DNA from: Candidatus Spongiisociaceae bacterium
GTDB lineage: Bacteria > Actinomycetota > Acidimicrobiia > Spongiisociales > Spongiisociaceae
Length of the DNA: 64,000 nt
Assembly (NCBI GenBank): GCA_965202665.1
Contig: OZ241841.1
Coordinates: 2,464,001 to 2,528,000, forward strand
Direction: 5' to 3'
Below are positions 27,299 through 37,961 of the stretch, one piece after another (within the stretch, counting starts at the first letter, position 1; every line of letters starts with the position of its first letter). Position numbers and translations under genes: made by a program. A model generated the notes under the pieces. That model had not been told where the DNA came from. It was given only the letters and a program-made list of their open reading frames with translations, and did not search any database.

Positions 27299-28998
27299 TA
27301 CAGATCCTCCGGTCCGGTTATGATCACGTCGTTGGGGCCCCCGGCGGGCACCATCGGGAACACCATTTCGTCGCGGTCCACTGCGAATTCGGCCACCACC
27401 GGGCGATCGTCGATTTCCAGCATCCGGTTGATGGTCCCCTCCACGTCCTCCGGGCGGTCGGCCCGCAACCCGGCGCATCCCAGGGATTCGGCCAGTTTCA
27501 CGTAGTCGGGGTAGCGGTCGCCCAGGTCGGAGGCGGAAAACCGCCCGTTGTAGAAGAGACGCTGCCATTGGCGCACCATCCCGTGGGCGGCGTTGTTGAA
27601 CAGGGCCACCTTGATGGGGATGTTTTCGGCGGAGGCGGTGAGCAGCTCCTGGAAGGTCATTTGGAAGCATCCGTCCCCGTCGACCGCGATCACCTGGGCG
27701 TCGGGGCGGCCCGCTTTGGCCCCGATGGCGGCCGGCACCGCGAATCCCATCGTCCCCAGCCCGCCCGAGTTGATCCAGCGGCGGGGGGCTTGGAACGGCC
27801 AAAACTGGGAGGCCCACATCTGGTGCTGCCCCACCCCGGACACCACCACCGCCTCCTCGTCGGCCAGCTCCGCCAAGCGGGTGACCACGTACTGCGGCTT
27901 GATCGGGCCGTCCGGCTCCTGTTGGAAGCGCAACGGGTGCTTCTCCTGCCAGCCGCGGATGGAATTCCACCATTTGTCCAAGTCGGGGGCGGGGCGCTCC
28001 CCCCACGCCTCGCACATTTTTTCCAGGATGCGGCGGGCGTCTCCCACCACCGGCACCTCCGCCGCCCGCACTTTGCCTATTTCAGCCGGGTCGATGTCGG
28101 CGTGGATCACTTTGGCGAAGGGGGCGAAAGCCTCCGGGTCGCCGGTCACCCGGTCGTCGAACCGCACCCCGATGGCCACCAACAGGTCGGACTGCTGCAT
28201 GGCGGTGGTGGCCGCGTACAGCCCGTGCATGCCGGGCATGCCGATGGCGCTGGGGTGGCCGTCGGGGATGGCCCCCCGTCCCATGAGGGTGGTGATGACC
28301 GGGATGCCGGTCAGGTCGGCGAAGGCGGTGAGGGCGGCGGCGGCCTCCGCTTTGATGATCCCGCCCCCCACGTACAGCACCGGCCGTTCCGCCCCCTCGA
28401 TCATGCGGATGGCCTCTTTGATGCGCCGGGGGTGGGGCTCGGTGGTCGGTTTGTAGCCGGGCATGGAAATTTCACCCGGGTCCCGCCAGGTGATCTGGGC
28501 GTTGAGCACGTCTTTGGGCACATCCACCAACACCGGGCCGGGGCGGCCGGTGCCCGCCAAGTGGAAGGCCTCGGCCACCGTTTGGGCGATGTGGTTGGCG
28601 TCGGTGACGAAAAAGTTGTGTTTGGTGGCGGGCATGGTGATGCCGGTGGTGTAGGCCTCTTGGAAGGCGTCGTTTCCCACCGCCTGGGTGGGGACCTGCC
28701 CGGTGACGGCCACTATGGGCACCGAATCCATCAAAGCGTCGGCCAAAGGGGTGACCAGGTTGGTGGCCCCCGGTCCGGAGGTGGCGATGGCCACCCCCAC
28801 CCGGCCGGTGGCCCAGGCGTAGCCTTCCGCCATATGGCCGGCGCCCTGCTCGTGCCGGGCCAGGATGTGACGGAATTCAGCGTCCAGGATGGGGTCGTAG
28901 GCGGGGAGGATGGCCCCCCCCGGGACGCCGAACGCCACTTCCGTCCCCTGTTGTTCAATCGCTTTGATGAGGGCCTGGGCGCCGGTGATGGTGGCCAT
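27298..28998 (-). CDS. ilvB: Acetolactate synthase large subunit
   Basis: 'RHEQGAGHMA', 'TSGPGATN', 'GDGCFQM' TPP motif. Confidence 0.97.
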   Translation of the reverse strand: MATITGAQALIKAIEQQGTEVAFGVPGGAILPAYDPILDAEFRHILARHEQGAGHMAEGYAWATGRVGVAIATSGPGATNLVTPLADALMDSVPIVAVTGQVPTQAVGNDAFQEAYTTGITMPATKHNFFVTDANHIAQTVAEAFHLAGTGRPGPVLVDVPKDVLNAQITWRDPGEISMPGYKPTTEPHPRRIKEAIRMIEGAERPVLYVGGGIIKAEAAAALTAFADLTGIPVITTLMGRGAIPDGHPSAIGMPGMHGLYAATTAMQQSDLLVAIGVRFDDRVTGDPEAFAPFAKVIHADIDPAEIGKVRAAEVPVVGDARRILEKMCEAWGERPAPDLDKWWNSIRGWQEKHPLRFQQEPDGPIKPQYVVTRLAELADEEAVVVSGVGQHQMWASQFWPFQAPRRWINSGGLGTMGFAVPAAIGAKAGRPDAQVIAVDGDGCFQMTFQELLTASAENIPIKVALFNNAAHGMVRQWQRLFYNGRFSASDLGDRYPDYVKLAESLGCAGLRADRPEDVEGTINRMLEIDDRPVVAEFAVDRDEMVFPMVPAGGPNDVIITGPEDL

Positions 28999-29063
28999 TT
29001 TCTTTCCTTGTCGGTTCTGTTCGGGGGGTTGCCGTTGCTTGTCTTGTCCGGGGAAATCTAATC

Positions 29064-29091
29064 AAAATAAAAGCCCCCCGTTCGGGAGGCT
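29064..29091 (-). terminator. ilvB attenuator terminator
   Basis: AGCCTCCC-GAAC-GGGGGGCT followed by TTTATTTT on minus strand. Confidence 0.85.
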
Positions 29092-29128
29092 GATGCGCAC
29101 GCGCCGTTTGCCCGGCGGCGTGCGCCTT

Positions 29129-29158
29129 CTAAAGTACCAGGGTTTGGTCGATCCGCAT
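29129..29158 (-). CDS. ilvB leader peptide MRIDQTLVL
   Basis: 9-aa ORF with Ile/Leu/Val/Leu control codons between promoter and terminator. Confidence 0.8.
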   Translation of the reverse strand: MRIDQTLVL

Positions 29159-29164
29159 GGGGAT

Positions 29165-29193
29165 ATTATGAAATATCGGCGGCGATTTGTCAA
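29165..29193 (-). promoter_or_regulatory. sigma70-type promoter of ilv-leu operon
   Basis: TTGACA-N17-CATAAT. Confidence 0.85.
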
Positions 29194-29246
29194 GTTGCGG
29201 GCGGCGGGCGGCGCGTTACCCGTCCGGAGGTCGGTATGATAGGGCT

Positions 29247-30566
29247 ATGGAACGTTTCTCATCCGACCGATTAGTCCAAGTAATCAACCTGGCGCGCGAA
29301 GTTTTGCATGACTTGGAGCCGGGCGAAGTGCCCCATCCGTTGCGCAAGGTGCGGGCCGCCACCGGCCGCAAACTGCCCGCCCCGCTGGCGCGTCTTCTGT
29401 TGCGGGAGTTGAACACCGACGAGTGGTTGCGGGAAAAAGTGGCGGAGAAGTTCGAAGGGGAGGCGGATTCCTCCGACAGCCAGGAGGCGGCGGCCGCCCT
29501 TTTCCTGTTGCGTCCGTCGGGCTGGGAGGAGCGCCTGGCCGACGCGGGGCGGGCGGCGGTGGAGGAAGCCGAGTCGCAGGCCGTGGCCGCCTTGCGCAAA
29601 AAGGCGGCCGGGCTGGAAAAAGAGCTGGCGGCCGCCCACGACAAGGAGAAGGGGCTGCGCAAGCGGGTGGAGCAGGCCCGGTCGGAGACCCCCCGCAAGG
29701 TGAAGGAGGCGCGGGAGGCGGCCTACCGGGATCGGGACGCCAACCTGCAGGCCATCCAAAACATGAAGAAGGAGCAACGGGACATGGCGGCCCGGTTGCA
29801 GGCCAAAGAAGCCAAATTGGCGGAGGCGCAGGAGCGGCTGGCCGTCACCCGCGAAGAGTTGCTCAAGGAACGGCAGAAGGAGCATCACGAGGAGGCCAGT
29901 TTCGGGATCAACCCGTGGGGGGATCACGATGAACTGGGGCGGGCCCGGATTTTGGACGAAGTGTCCACCGCCTTTTTGCCCCCGTCGGAGTTCGACGAGG
30001 AGATGCTGTACGGGGACGGCCGGGGGAAACCGGAGCTGCCCGGGTTGCCGCCCGGCGTCAACCCGGAGAAACGGGAGGCGGTGGAGTGGCTGCTGACCCG
30101 TCCCGAGCCGTACGCGTTGCTGGTGGACGGCTACAACCTGGCTTTCAAAATTCACAGCCTCCGTTCCGATGACCCAGACATTCAGATGATCTCCGACCTG
30201 CCCAAGGCCCGGCGGCAGGTGGACGCCTGGCTGGCCCGTTTCCGCCGCAAGGCGGCCAACTGGCCGCAGGTGGTGGTGGTGTACGACTCGCGGGCCACCA
30301 GCGACCTGAACTCCTATCACGGCCACGGCGGAATTCAAGTGAAATTCACCGCCCAGGGGCTGACCGCCGACCGGTGGCTGCTGGACATGGCCATCGAGAT
30401 GGGCAAACGTTCGGTGGTGATTTCCAGCGACCGGGAAGTGCGGGAGGGGGCCATGGACGCCGGGGGTTTGGCCCTGTGGAGCGAAGCCATGGCCGCCTGG
30501 ATGCTGGATCTGAAACCGGGGGCCACCATCCGCTACGGCCCCTACGGGCCCACCCGCCTGGCCTAA
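29247..30566 (+). CDS. Coiled-coil + NYN/YacP-like RNase domain protein
   Basis: 'LLVDGYN', 'VVVVYD', 'TAD', 'VISSDREV'. Confidence 0.8.
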   Translation: MERFSSDRLVQVINLAREVLHDLEPGEVPHPLRKVRAATGRKLPAPLARLLLRELNTDEWLREKVAEKFEGEADSSDSQEAAAALFLLRPSGWEERLADAGRAAVEEAESQAVAALRKKAAGLEKELAAAHDKEKGLRKRVEQARSETPRKVKEAREAAYRDRDANLQAIQNMKKEQRDMAARLQAKEAKLAEAQERLAVTREELLKERQKEHHEEASFGINPWGDHDELGRARILDEVSTAFLPPSEFDEEMLYGDGRGKPELPGLPPGVNPEKREAVEWLLTRPEPYALLVDGYNLAFKIHSLRSDDPDIQMISDLPKARRQVDAWLARFRRKAANWPQVVVVYDSRATSDLNSYHGHGGIQVKFTAQGLTADRWLLDMAIEMGKRSVVISSDREVREGAMDAGGLALWSEAMAAWMLDLKPGATIRYGPYGPTRLA

Positions 30567-30605
30567 GCTCCGTCCGGTTTTCTTGCTAAGTCAGGGGGCG
30601 GGGGG

Positions 30606-32297
30606 TCAGCCGTCGGTTACGCAGCCCCGGCTGGCCGAGTCGACGGTGCGGATGTATTTGGCGAGGGCGCCCCGGGCGGCGGCCGGGGGAGGGGCGGCCC
30701 ATCGCCCGCGGCGGGCGGCCAGTTCCTCCTCGGAGACGCGCAGGGTAATGGCGCGCTCGGCGACGTCGATGGAAATGACGTCCCCCCGTTCCACCAAGGC
30801 GATGGGGCCGCCCTCTTGGGCCTCGGGGGTGATGTGCCCGATCAGGAAGCCGTGCGAGCCCCCGGAAAAGCGCCCGTCGGTGATGAGGGCCGTCTCCTGT
30901 CCCAGCCCGGCCCCCATAATGGCCGCGGTGGGGGTGAGCATTTCCGGCATTCCGGGGCCGCCTTTGGGACCTTCGTAGCGGATGACGATCACCGAACCGG
31001 GGCCGATCTCGCCCCGTTCCAAAGCCCGCAGCATCTCCTCCTCTCGGTCGTAGGGGAGGGCGGTTCCGGTGAAGGCCGTGCCCTCCTTGCCGGTGATTTT
31101 GGCCACCGCCCCCTCCGGGGCCAGGTTGCCCCGCAGAATCTGCAGATGGCCGGTTTCCTTGATGGGATCGTCCCACGGCCCCACCACCCGCCCCCCGTCG
31201 CTCAGGCCGGGGACCTCCGCCAAATTCTCGGCCAAGGTGCGTCCGGTGACGGTCAGGCAGTCCCCCCGGAGGCGTCCCCGTTCCAGCAGCATTTTCAGCA
31301 CCGCGGGCACGCCGCCCACTTGGTGCAGGTCGGCCATCACGTGCTTGCCGGAGGGTTTCAGGTCGGCCAGATAGGGGGTGCGGTCGCTGATCTTCTGGAA
31401 GTCGTCGATGGCCAGGTCCACTTCCGCCGCATGGGCCATGGCCAGCAGATGCAGCACGGCGTTGGTGGAGCCGCCCAGCGCCATGACCAGGGTGATGGCG
31501 TTGTCAAAGGCCTCCCGGGTCATGATGTCCCGGGGTTTGATGTCTTCTTCCAGCAAGCGCCGTACGGCAGCCCCGGCCGCCCGGCATTCGGTCTCCTTGC
31601 CGGGGTCTTCGGCCGGGGTGGAGGAGGAGAAGGGCAGGCTCATCCCCATGGCTTCGATGGCGGAGGCCATGGTGTTGGCGGTGTACATCCCCCCGCAGGC
31701 CCCCGCCCCCGGGCAGGCGCGGCGCACGATGTCCAGGCGGGCTTCATCGTCCAAACGGCCGGCGATCATCTCCCCGTAGGACTGGAAGGCGTTTACCAGG
31801 TCGATGGGGTTTCCGTCCCGGTCCCGGCCCGGTTGGATGGTTCCGCCGTAAATCATCAGGGAGGGACGGTTGAGGCGGGCCATGGCCATCACCGAACCGG
31901 GCATGTTTTTGTCGCAACCGGGAATGGAAACGTTGGCGTCGTACCATTGGGCGCTCATCACCGTTTCGATGGAGTCGGCGATCAGGTCCCGGGACTGGAG
32001 GGAGAAGGACATCCCGTCGGTGCCCATGGAGATGCCGTCCGACACTCCGATGGTGTTGAAGCGCATCCCCACCATCCCCGACTCCTCCACCCCTTCTTTG
32101 ACCAAGGCGGCCAAGCGGTTCAGGTGCATGTTGCAACTGTTGCCCTCGTACCACATGGAGGCGATTCCCACCTGGGCCTTGTCCATGTCGGCGGGGGTGA
32201 GGCCGGTGGCGTACAGCATGGCCTGGGACCCTCCCTGCGAGGACTCCTGGGTGATGCGGCGGCTGATGCGGTTAATGGGGTTGGCGGGATGGTTCAT
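30606..32297 (-). CDS. ilvD: Dihydroxy-acid dehydratase
   Basis: 'CNMHL', 'GCDKN', '[12 protein letters not shown]', 'TDGRFSGGS'. Confidence 0.97.
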   Translation of the reverse strand: MNHPANPINRISRRITQESSQGGSQAMLYATGLTPADMDKAQVGIASMWYEGNSCNMHLNRLAALVKEGVEESGMVGMRFNTIGVSDGISMGTDGMSFSLQSRDLIADSIETVMSAQWYDANVSIPGCDKNMPGSVMAMARLNRPSLMIYGGTIQPGRDRDGNPIDLVNAFQSYGEMIAGRLDDEARLDIVRRACPGAGACGGMYTANTMASAIEAMGMSLPFSSSTPAEDPGKETECRAAGAAVRRLLEEDIKPRDIMTREAFDNAITLVMALGGSTNAVLHLLAMAHAAEVDLAIDDFQKISDRTPYLADLKPSGKHVMADLHQVGGVPAVLKMLLERGRLRGDCLTVTGRTLAENLAEVPGLSDGGRVVGPWDDPIKETGHLQILRGNLAPEGAVAKITGKEGTAFTGTALPYDREEEMLRALERGEIGPGSVIVIRYEGPKGGPGMPEMLTPTAAIMGAGLGQETALITDGRFSGGSHGFLIGHITPEAQEGGPIALVERGDVISIDVAERAITLRVSEEELAARRGRWAAPPPAAARGALAKYIRTVDSASRGCVTDG

Positions 32298-32397
32298 GTT
32301 TCCAATCGTAATCGAACGGGCGGGCGGCGGACGGCGGCGGGGGAGGTTAACCTGGGGATATGGAAACTTCGCGTTCGGAGCAACCGGGCGGGCGGCG

Positions 32398-33153
32398 GTG
32401 TTGATCGTCAGCGACGTGCACGCCGCCTTCGGGGCGTTGGCGGAGACGGCCCGGCGGAGGGAGCCGTTGCTGGTGCTGGGCGATTTGCTCAACTTCGTGG
32501 ACTACCGCACCGGGGAGGGGATTGCGGCCGATGTGTACGGCCCCGGCCATGCCCGCAGTTTCATCAAAAACCGCACCGTCGGGGATTGGGACGCCAACCG
32601 CCGGTTGTGGCGGTCCGCCAACCGGGGGCGGGAGCGGGAAATGGCCGACCGGGTGCGGGAGGCGGTGACCGACCAGTACCGGCGCGCCCGGCGCGCCCTG
32701 GCCGGGTCGGGGGCCTATGTGATATTCGGAAACGTGGACTGGCCGGAGGAGATGCGCTCCATCCTCGGGGAGGAGGTGCGGTGGGCGGACGGGACGGTGG
32801 CGGAAATCGAAGGGCGGAAAGTGGGGTTCGCGGGCGGGGGGGTGCCCACCCCGGCCCGGGCCCGGGGGGAGGTGGCGGTCGAGGAGATGGCCGAAAAACT
32901 GGACCGTCTGGGGCGGGTGGACATTTTGTGCACCCATGTGGCCCCTTCGGTGGCTCCCCTGCATCGGGATGTCATCACCGGAACGCTGGAACGTTCCTCG
33001 GCGGCGGTGTTGGACTACCTGCTCTCCCATCGGCCCGCCTTCCACTTTTTCGGCGACATTCACCAGCCGCAGGCGGTCGCCTGGCGGGTGGGGGACACCT
33101 TGTGCCGCAACGTCGGCTATTTCCGCGCCACCCGCCGTCCGGTGCGCCATTAG
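32398..33153 (+). CDS. Metallophosphoesterase
   Basis: 'SDVH', 'LGDL', 'GNVD', 'THV', 'FGDIHQP'. Confidence 0.8.
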   Translation: MLIVSDVHAAFGALAETARRREPLLVLGDLLNFVDYRTGEGIAADVYGPGHARSFIKNRTVGDWDANRRLWRSANRGREREMADRVREAVTDQYRRARRALAGSGAYVIFGNVDWPEEMRSILGEEVRWADGTVAEIEGRKVGFAGGGVPTPARARGEVAVEEMAEKLDRLGRVDILCTHVAPSVAPLHRDVITGTLERSSAAVLDYLLSHRPAFHFFGDIHQPQAVAWRVGDTLCRNVGYFRATRRPVRH

Positions 33154-33204
33154 CCTGGGGCGGGCGCGCAGACTTGGGGTAAGAATCCGGGAAGGGTTAA
33201 GGGC

Positions 33205-33648
33205 ATGGTCGAAGCCACGGTGCAGACGATAGAAGTGAACGCTTCGCCGGAGGAATGCTTCGCGGTGGCGGCCGACCTGGCCGCCTATCCGGAGTGGGCG
33301 GGCGAAGTCCGCCGGGTGGACATCCGCAGTTGGGGCCCGGACGGCCGCCCGCAACGGGCGGAGTTGGTGGTCGACGCCATGGTGCGCCAAGTGACGGCGG
33401 ACCTTTCCTATTCCTACGACCCGCCCCGGTTGATTAAATGGAAGGCCCTGCCCAATAAGGACTTGGCCGGGTTGGAGGGGTCCTACGAGTTCATCGCCGC
33501 CCCCGGGGGAACCAGGGTGGTGTACGCCTTGGCGGTGGAACCGGCCTTCCCGGTCCCCGGTTTTCTGCGCAAGCAGGGGGAGAAGCAGATCGTCGGCACC
33601 GCCCTGCGCAGCCTGCGCAAACGGGTGGAGTCGCTGACCGGCGGCTAG
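33205..33648 (+). CDS. SRPBCC/polyketide cyclase-family protein
   Basis: 'ADLAAYPEW', 'LEGSYEF', 'PVPGFL'. Confidence 0.8.
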   Translation: MVEATVQTIEVNASPEECFAVAADLAAYPEWAGEVRRVDIRSWGPDGRPQRAELVVDAMVRQVTADLSYSYDPPRLIKWKALPNKDLAGLEGSYEFIAAPGGTRVVYALAVEPAFPVPGFLRKQGEKQIVGTALRSLRKRVESLTGG

Positions 33649-33767
33649 TTAAGCTAGTTGAGCTATTTGCGCGGGGAGGGGGGCGTAGGAAACCGGCCGC
33701 GCCCGGGGGAAGGAGGAACCCCGGGCGGGCCGATTGTCGATGGGAGATCGATCGGACGGGCCTTGGG

Positions 33768-34196
33768 TCAGGCCCTTTCGATCTCCACGGTTTTGGGCAG
33801 CGTCTCCGGACGTTTGCCGACGGTTATTTCCAGCAGGCCGTTGGAGTAGGAGGCCCGGATGGCGTCCGCGTCGCAGCTCTCCGGAATCCGGATGGAGCGG
33901 GTGAACGAACCCTGGGCCAGCTCCCGCCGACGGTAGGAGGTTCCTTCAGGGGCGGCGAAGGAGCGTTCGCCTTTGACGGTCAGCACGTCGTCCTCCAACG
34001 TCGCCTCCAAGCCGTCCGGATCGAACCCGGCCAACTCGTAGCGGACGGTCAGGGACTCCTCCGTCTCCGTCACGTCCACCCTCGGCTGCCAGGAACCGTC
34101 GGAGGGGGCGGCGAGCCACCCGCCTCCCCAGGCCGGTCCGAAGACGTCCAGCAGCCGGGTCAGCTCCCGGCCCGGCCGCACTCGCAAAGTGTTCAT
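33768..34196 (-). CDS. Hsp20 small heat shock protein
   Basis: 'PRVDVTE', 'LTVKGER', 'GSFTRSI', 'ASYSNGLLEI'. Confidence 0.92.
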   Translation of the reverse strand: MNTLRVRPGRELTRLLDVFGPAWGGGWLAAPSDGSWQPRVDVTETEESLTVRYELAGFDPDGLEATLEDDVLTVKGERSFAAPEGTSYRRRELAQGSFTRSIRIPESCDADAIRASYSNGLLEITVGKRPETLPKTVEIERA

Positions 34197-34412
34197 TGTT
34201 TTTTCCTTTCTAGTTGGTTTGTTTTTGGTTGTTTCCGCCCCCCGGCGCCCGCTTGCGCATCTGCCGGAGAGGCCTTCACTAAATATAATACTAATACACT
34301 TAGATTTTATTCCATCATCTTTTTATTTTTTGTTTACGGGCCGGCCCCGCCCCCCGGATATTTTCCCTGCCGGAGGGGTGTCCCGGCGGGCCGGCGGGTA
34401 GAATGAAAAACG

Positions 34413-35372
34413 ATGAAAACTATGAAATCAACCGATGGCTTGACCTTGGGCATCGACTTGGGGGGGACTAAGATGGCTTTGGCCCTGGTGGACGCCGAGG
34501 GGCGGATGCGGGAGTTTTCCTCCATGCCCCGCCCCGCCACCGGGGCGGCCATGGAGTTGGAGCCGGTGGAGGCGGCGGAGCGGATCATCACCCCGCAGGT
34601 GCGGGCGGCGGGCATCGGGGCGGCCGGGTTGGTGAGGCCGTCCGACGGGGTGCTGTCGTGGGGTCCCAACGTGATGGGCCGGGAAGTGCGTTTTCAGGAG
34701 ATTTTCCAGGCCGAGCTGGGTTTGCCCGCGGTGGTGGACAACGACGCCAACTTGGCCGCCCTGGCTGAAACCCGGATGGGGGCCGCGGTCGGCTACCGGC
34801 ATGTGCTGATGATCACCTTGGGCACTGGCATCGGCGGGGGATGGATCATCAACGGAGCCCCCTACCACGGCCGTTCCTTCGCCGGGGAGATCGGCCATAT
34901 GATCGTGGATGTGGGCGGGCCGTTGTGCACCTGCGGGCAACGGGGATGCTGGGAGACTTTCGCCTCCGGACGGCGGTTGGACCAGATGGCCCGCGATTTG
35001 GTGGCCGCCCATCCCAGCGGGCTGACCGCCAAGCTGGCCGACGAAGTCCCACCCAAGGGCGAGCATCTCACCCAGGCGGCCATCGAAGGCGACCCGGACG
35101 CTATGGCCGCCCTGTCGGAAATGGCCGGCTGGCTGGGAATGGGGATCGCCGGGTTGGTGGCGGCCCTCGATCCGGAGATAGTGGTGGTGGGGGGCGGGGT
35201 GTCGGAAGCGGGGGATCTGCTGTTGGCCGACACCCGGGCCGCTTTCGCCCGCGCATTGGAAGGGGCCGAGCACCGGGATCCCACCCCCATTGTGCGGGCT
35301 AGCCTGGGGGAGAACGCCGGCGTGATAGGCGCCGGACTCCGCGCTTGGGAACTACTGGGAGGAACAGAGTGA
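34413..35372 (+). CDS. ROK family sugar kinase (glucokinase-like)
   Basis: 'GIDLGGT', 'NDANLAA', 'GEIGH...CTCG.RGCWE'. Confidence 0.9.
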   Translation: MKTMKSTDGLTLGIDLGGTKMALALVDAEGRMREFSSMPRPATGAAMELEPVEAAERIITPQVRAAGIGAAGLVRPSDGVLSWGPNVMGREVRFQEIFQAELGLPAVVDNDANLAALAETRMGAAVGYRHVLMITLGTGIGGGWIINGAPYHGRSFAGEIGHMIVDVGGPLCTCGQRGCWETFASGRRLDQMARDLVAAHPSGLTAKLADEVPPKGEHLTQAAIEGDPDAMAALSEMAGWLGMGIAGLVAALDPEIVVVGGGVSEAGDLLLADTRAAFARALEGAEHRDPTPIVRASLGENAGVIGAGLRAWELLGGTE

Positions 35373-35770
35373 CAGCCGAACCCGTATCGCCGACCGCCGC
35401 CCCCCCGTTGCGGGCCGACTGGAAGCATGAACTGGCGCAAGCCGTTCCCAACCTGGCCAAACTGATCGTGCGGACGGCGCGCGATCCCCGGGTGCCGGTC
35501 AAGTCCAAAGCGGTGACGGCGGCCGCGGTGGCGCTGGCCGTTTCCCCCATCGATCTGATACCCGACTTCATTCCCGTTCTGGGCCGGGTGGACGATGTGC
35601 TGTTGGTGGCGTTCGCCGTCAACCGCTTGGTGGAGCAAACCGGGATAGCGGTGGTGCGGGAGCATTGGGACGGCGACCCCCGCTTGCTGTCCGCCATGCT
35701 GGAAATAATCGACCTGACGGCCGGCATGATCCCCCGCCAGGTGCGGTTGCTGCTGAACCGCTACCTGTAA
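35369..35770 (+). CDS. DUF1232/YkvA-family protein
   Basis: 'SPIDLIPDFIPVLG..DD'. Confidence 0.85.
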   Translation: MTAEPVSPTAAPPLRADWKHELAQAVPNLAKLIVRTARDPRVPVKSKAVTAAAVALAVSPIDLIPDFIPVLGRVDDVLLVAFAVNRLVEQTGIAVVREHWDGDPRLLSAMLEIIDLTAGMIPRQVRLLLNRYL

Positions 35771-35846
35771 CCCCGGCCCGGCCCCCCGCAGGTTCCGCCG
35801 GTAACCGACCGCGGGCGGCGAAGGTCATACCTCCCGCGGTGAAAGC

Positions 35847-36782
35847 GTGAAATCGGTTAAATACGGCGTTCTTTTTCCCGGCCAGGGCTCCCAGCGGCCC
35901 GGCATGGGAGAAGAACTGTTCGCGGCCCGGCCCGATCTGCTGGGGGAAGCCGCCGATCGCATTCTGGGGTGGTCCCTGCGGGAGGTTTGCCTGCGCGGCG
36001 ACGCCGAACAGCTGACCCGCACCGACCGGGCCCAGCCCGCCCTGTACGCCCTGTCCTACGCCCTGTGGGATGAGTTCTCCCGGTTGTCTCCCCGGCCCCC
36101 GGCGGGGGCGGCCGGCCACTCCCTGGGGGAGTACGCGGCGTTGGCGGCGGCGGGATCTTTCACTTTCGAGAACGGGTTGCGATTGGTGGCCGCCCGGGGG
36201 AAGGCCATGGCGCGGGCTTCCGAAGCGGAACCGTCGGGGATGGCCGCCCTGTTGGGGGCCGACCGGGAGCGGGCGGAGGAGGCGGCCGCCGCCCGGCGGG
36301 GGGAAGGGGGCCGGTTGTGGGCCGCCAACCTGAACGCCCCCGGCCAGGTGGTGCTGGCGGGCGGGGCGGAGGACATCGCCTGGCTGCGGGAGAACGGTTC
36401 CCGGTTCGGGGTGCGCCGGGTGGCGGAACTGCCGGTGGCGGGGGCCTTCCACAGTCCTTTTATGGAGTCGGCGGCTCCGGAAGTGGCCGCCGCTTTGGCC
36501 GCCTCCGCCATCGGGGAGCCCCGCTTTCCGGTGTGGAGCAACGTGACCGCCCGACCGGCGGCGGGCGGGGAGCTGGCGGATCTGCTGGAGCGGCAGGTTA
36601 CGTCCCCGGTCCGGTTCGCCGAATCGTTGACGGACATGGCCGGGGCCGGCGTGAACGTTTTCATCCACATCGGCCCCGGGGATGTGACCGCCCGGTTCGC
36701 CAAACGGACCGTAGCCGGGGCGGAAACTTGGACGGTGGACACGCTCCGGGCGGCGGAGGAGGCGGCCCATGCCCTCGGCTGA
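35847..36782 (+). CDS. fabD: Malonyl-CoA:ACP transacylase
   Basis: 'FPGQGSQ', 'GHSLGEY', 'GAFHS'. Confidence 0.95.
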   Translation: MKSVKYGVLFPGQGSQRPGMGEELFAARPDLLGEAADRILGWSLREVCLRGDAEQLTRTDRAQPALYALSYALWDEFSRLSPRPPAGAAGHSLGEYAALAAAGSFTFENGLRLVAARGKAMARASEAEPSGMAALLGADRERAEEAAAARRGEGGRLWAANLNAPGQVVLAGGAEDIAWLRENGSRFGVRRVAELPVAGAFHSPFMESAAPEVAAALAASAIGEPRFPVWSNVTARPAAGGELADLLERQVTSPVRFAESLTDMAGAGVNVFIHIGPGDVTARFAKRTVAGAETWTVDTLRAAEEAAHALG

Positions 36783-36884
36783 CCGCAGTCGGCGGGGAGG
36801 GCTTCGCCGGGGAAACCGCCGTTATCGGCCCGGCGGTCAATACAATAAGCAACCGGTGAGCAACCGGTCGGCCAAGGAGAACCA

Positions 36885-37961
36885 ATGCGCTACGCCGAGA
36901 TAACCGGCTGGGGGAAAGCCCTGCCCCCCACCGTGCTCAGCAACTCGGATTTGGAACGGATGGTCGACACCAGCGACGAATGGATCACCACCCGCAGCGG
37001 CATCAAAGAGCGCCGCATCTCCCATGTGGCGGCCACCGACATGGCGGAGGTGGCGGCCCGGCGGGCGGCGGCCGGGGCCGGGATTGAAATGTCGGAGATC
37101 GACTTGGTGGTGGTCGCCACCTGCTCCCCCGAGTCCGTCATTCCCGCCTCCGCCTCCTATCTGCAGGCCAAGTTGGGGGCTGAAAACGCCGGGGGAATGG
37201 ATCTGAACGCCAACTGCTCCGGCTTCGTGTACGGCTACGTGACGGCGGATTCCCTGGTGCGGTCGGGGGCGGCGGACACCGTGTTGCTGGTAGGCGTGGA
37301 ACGGCTCAGCTGGGTCACCGACTATTCGGATCGGGGCACGTGCATCCTGTTCGGGGACGGGGCGGGGGCGGTGATCGTCCAATCCTCGGACGCCCCGGCC
37401 GGGGTGATGGGCTCGGAGTTGGGCGTGGACGGGACGATGGCCGACATTCTGTGCGTGCCCAACGACGGCACCGTCCGCCCCGGCTCGGCCGGCCCGGAAA
37501 GCAAAATCGTCATGTCCGGTTCGGACGTTTTCCGTCAAGCGGTTACCGCCATGGCGCAAGCCTCCGAGTCGGTGGTGCGGCAGGCCGGATGGGATTTGGA
37601 CGACATCGACCTGTTGGTGCCCCACCAGGCCAACCAGCGCATCATCGACGCCACCGCCCGCCGCCTCCGCCTGGAGCCGGCCAAAGTGTTTCTCAACATT
37701 CACGCCTACGGCAACACCAGCGCCGCCACCATCCCCATCGCCCTGACCGAGGCCTTGCAGGCGGGACGGGTCCCCCCCCGCGCCAACCTGGTGTTCGCCG
37801 CCTTCGGCGGGGGGCTGACCTGGGCGGCGGCCGCGGTGCGGTTCGGGGAGCGGGTGACGCCGAAAGCGGACTCGGAGGCCTCCCTCCCCGGCACCGACCT
37901 GACGGTGTGGGATTTGCTGGAGCCCAACTTCGAACACTTCGGACGGTGGAGCCCGGTATGA
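36885..37961 (+). CDS. fabH: 3-oxoacyl-ACP synthase III
   Basis: 'DTSDEWI..RSGI.ERR', 'ANCSGF', 'PHQAN', 'GNTSAA'. Confidence 0.95.
   Translation: MRYAEITGWGKALPPTVLSNSDLERMVDTSDEWITTRSGIKERRISHVAATDMAEVAARRAAAGAGIEMSEIDLVVVATCSPESVIPASASYLQAKLGAENAGGMDLNANCSGFVYGYVTADSLVRSGAADTVLLVGVERLSWVTDYSDRGTCILFGDGAGAVIVQSSDAPAGVMGSELGVDGTMADILCVPNDGTVRPGSAGPESKIVMSGSDVFRQAVTAMAQASESVVRQAGWDLDDIDLLVPHQANQRIIDATARRLRLEPAKVFLNIHAYGNTSAATIPIALTEALQAGRVPPRANLVFAAFGGGLTWAAAAVRFGERVTPKADSEASLPGTDLTVWDLLEPNFEHFGRWSPV

Noticed and set aside
34200-34335. HAIR or CIRCE operator upstream of hsp20
   Set aside because: AT-rich promoter region, but no convincing CTTGAGT-N7-ACTCAAG or TTAGCACTC-N9-GAGTGCTAA match
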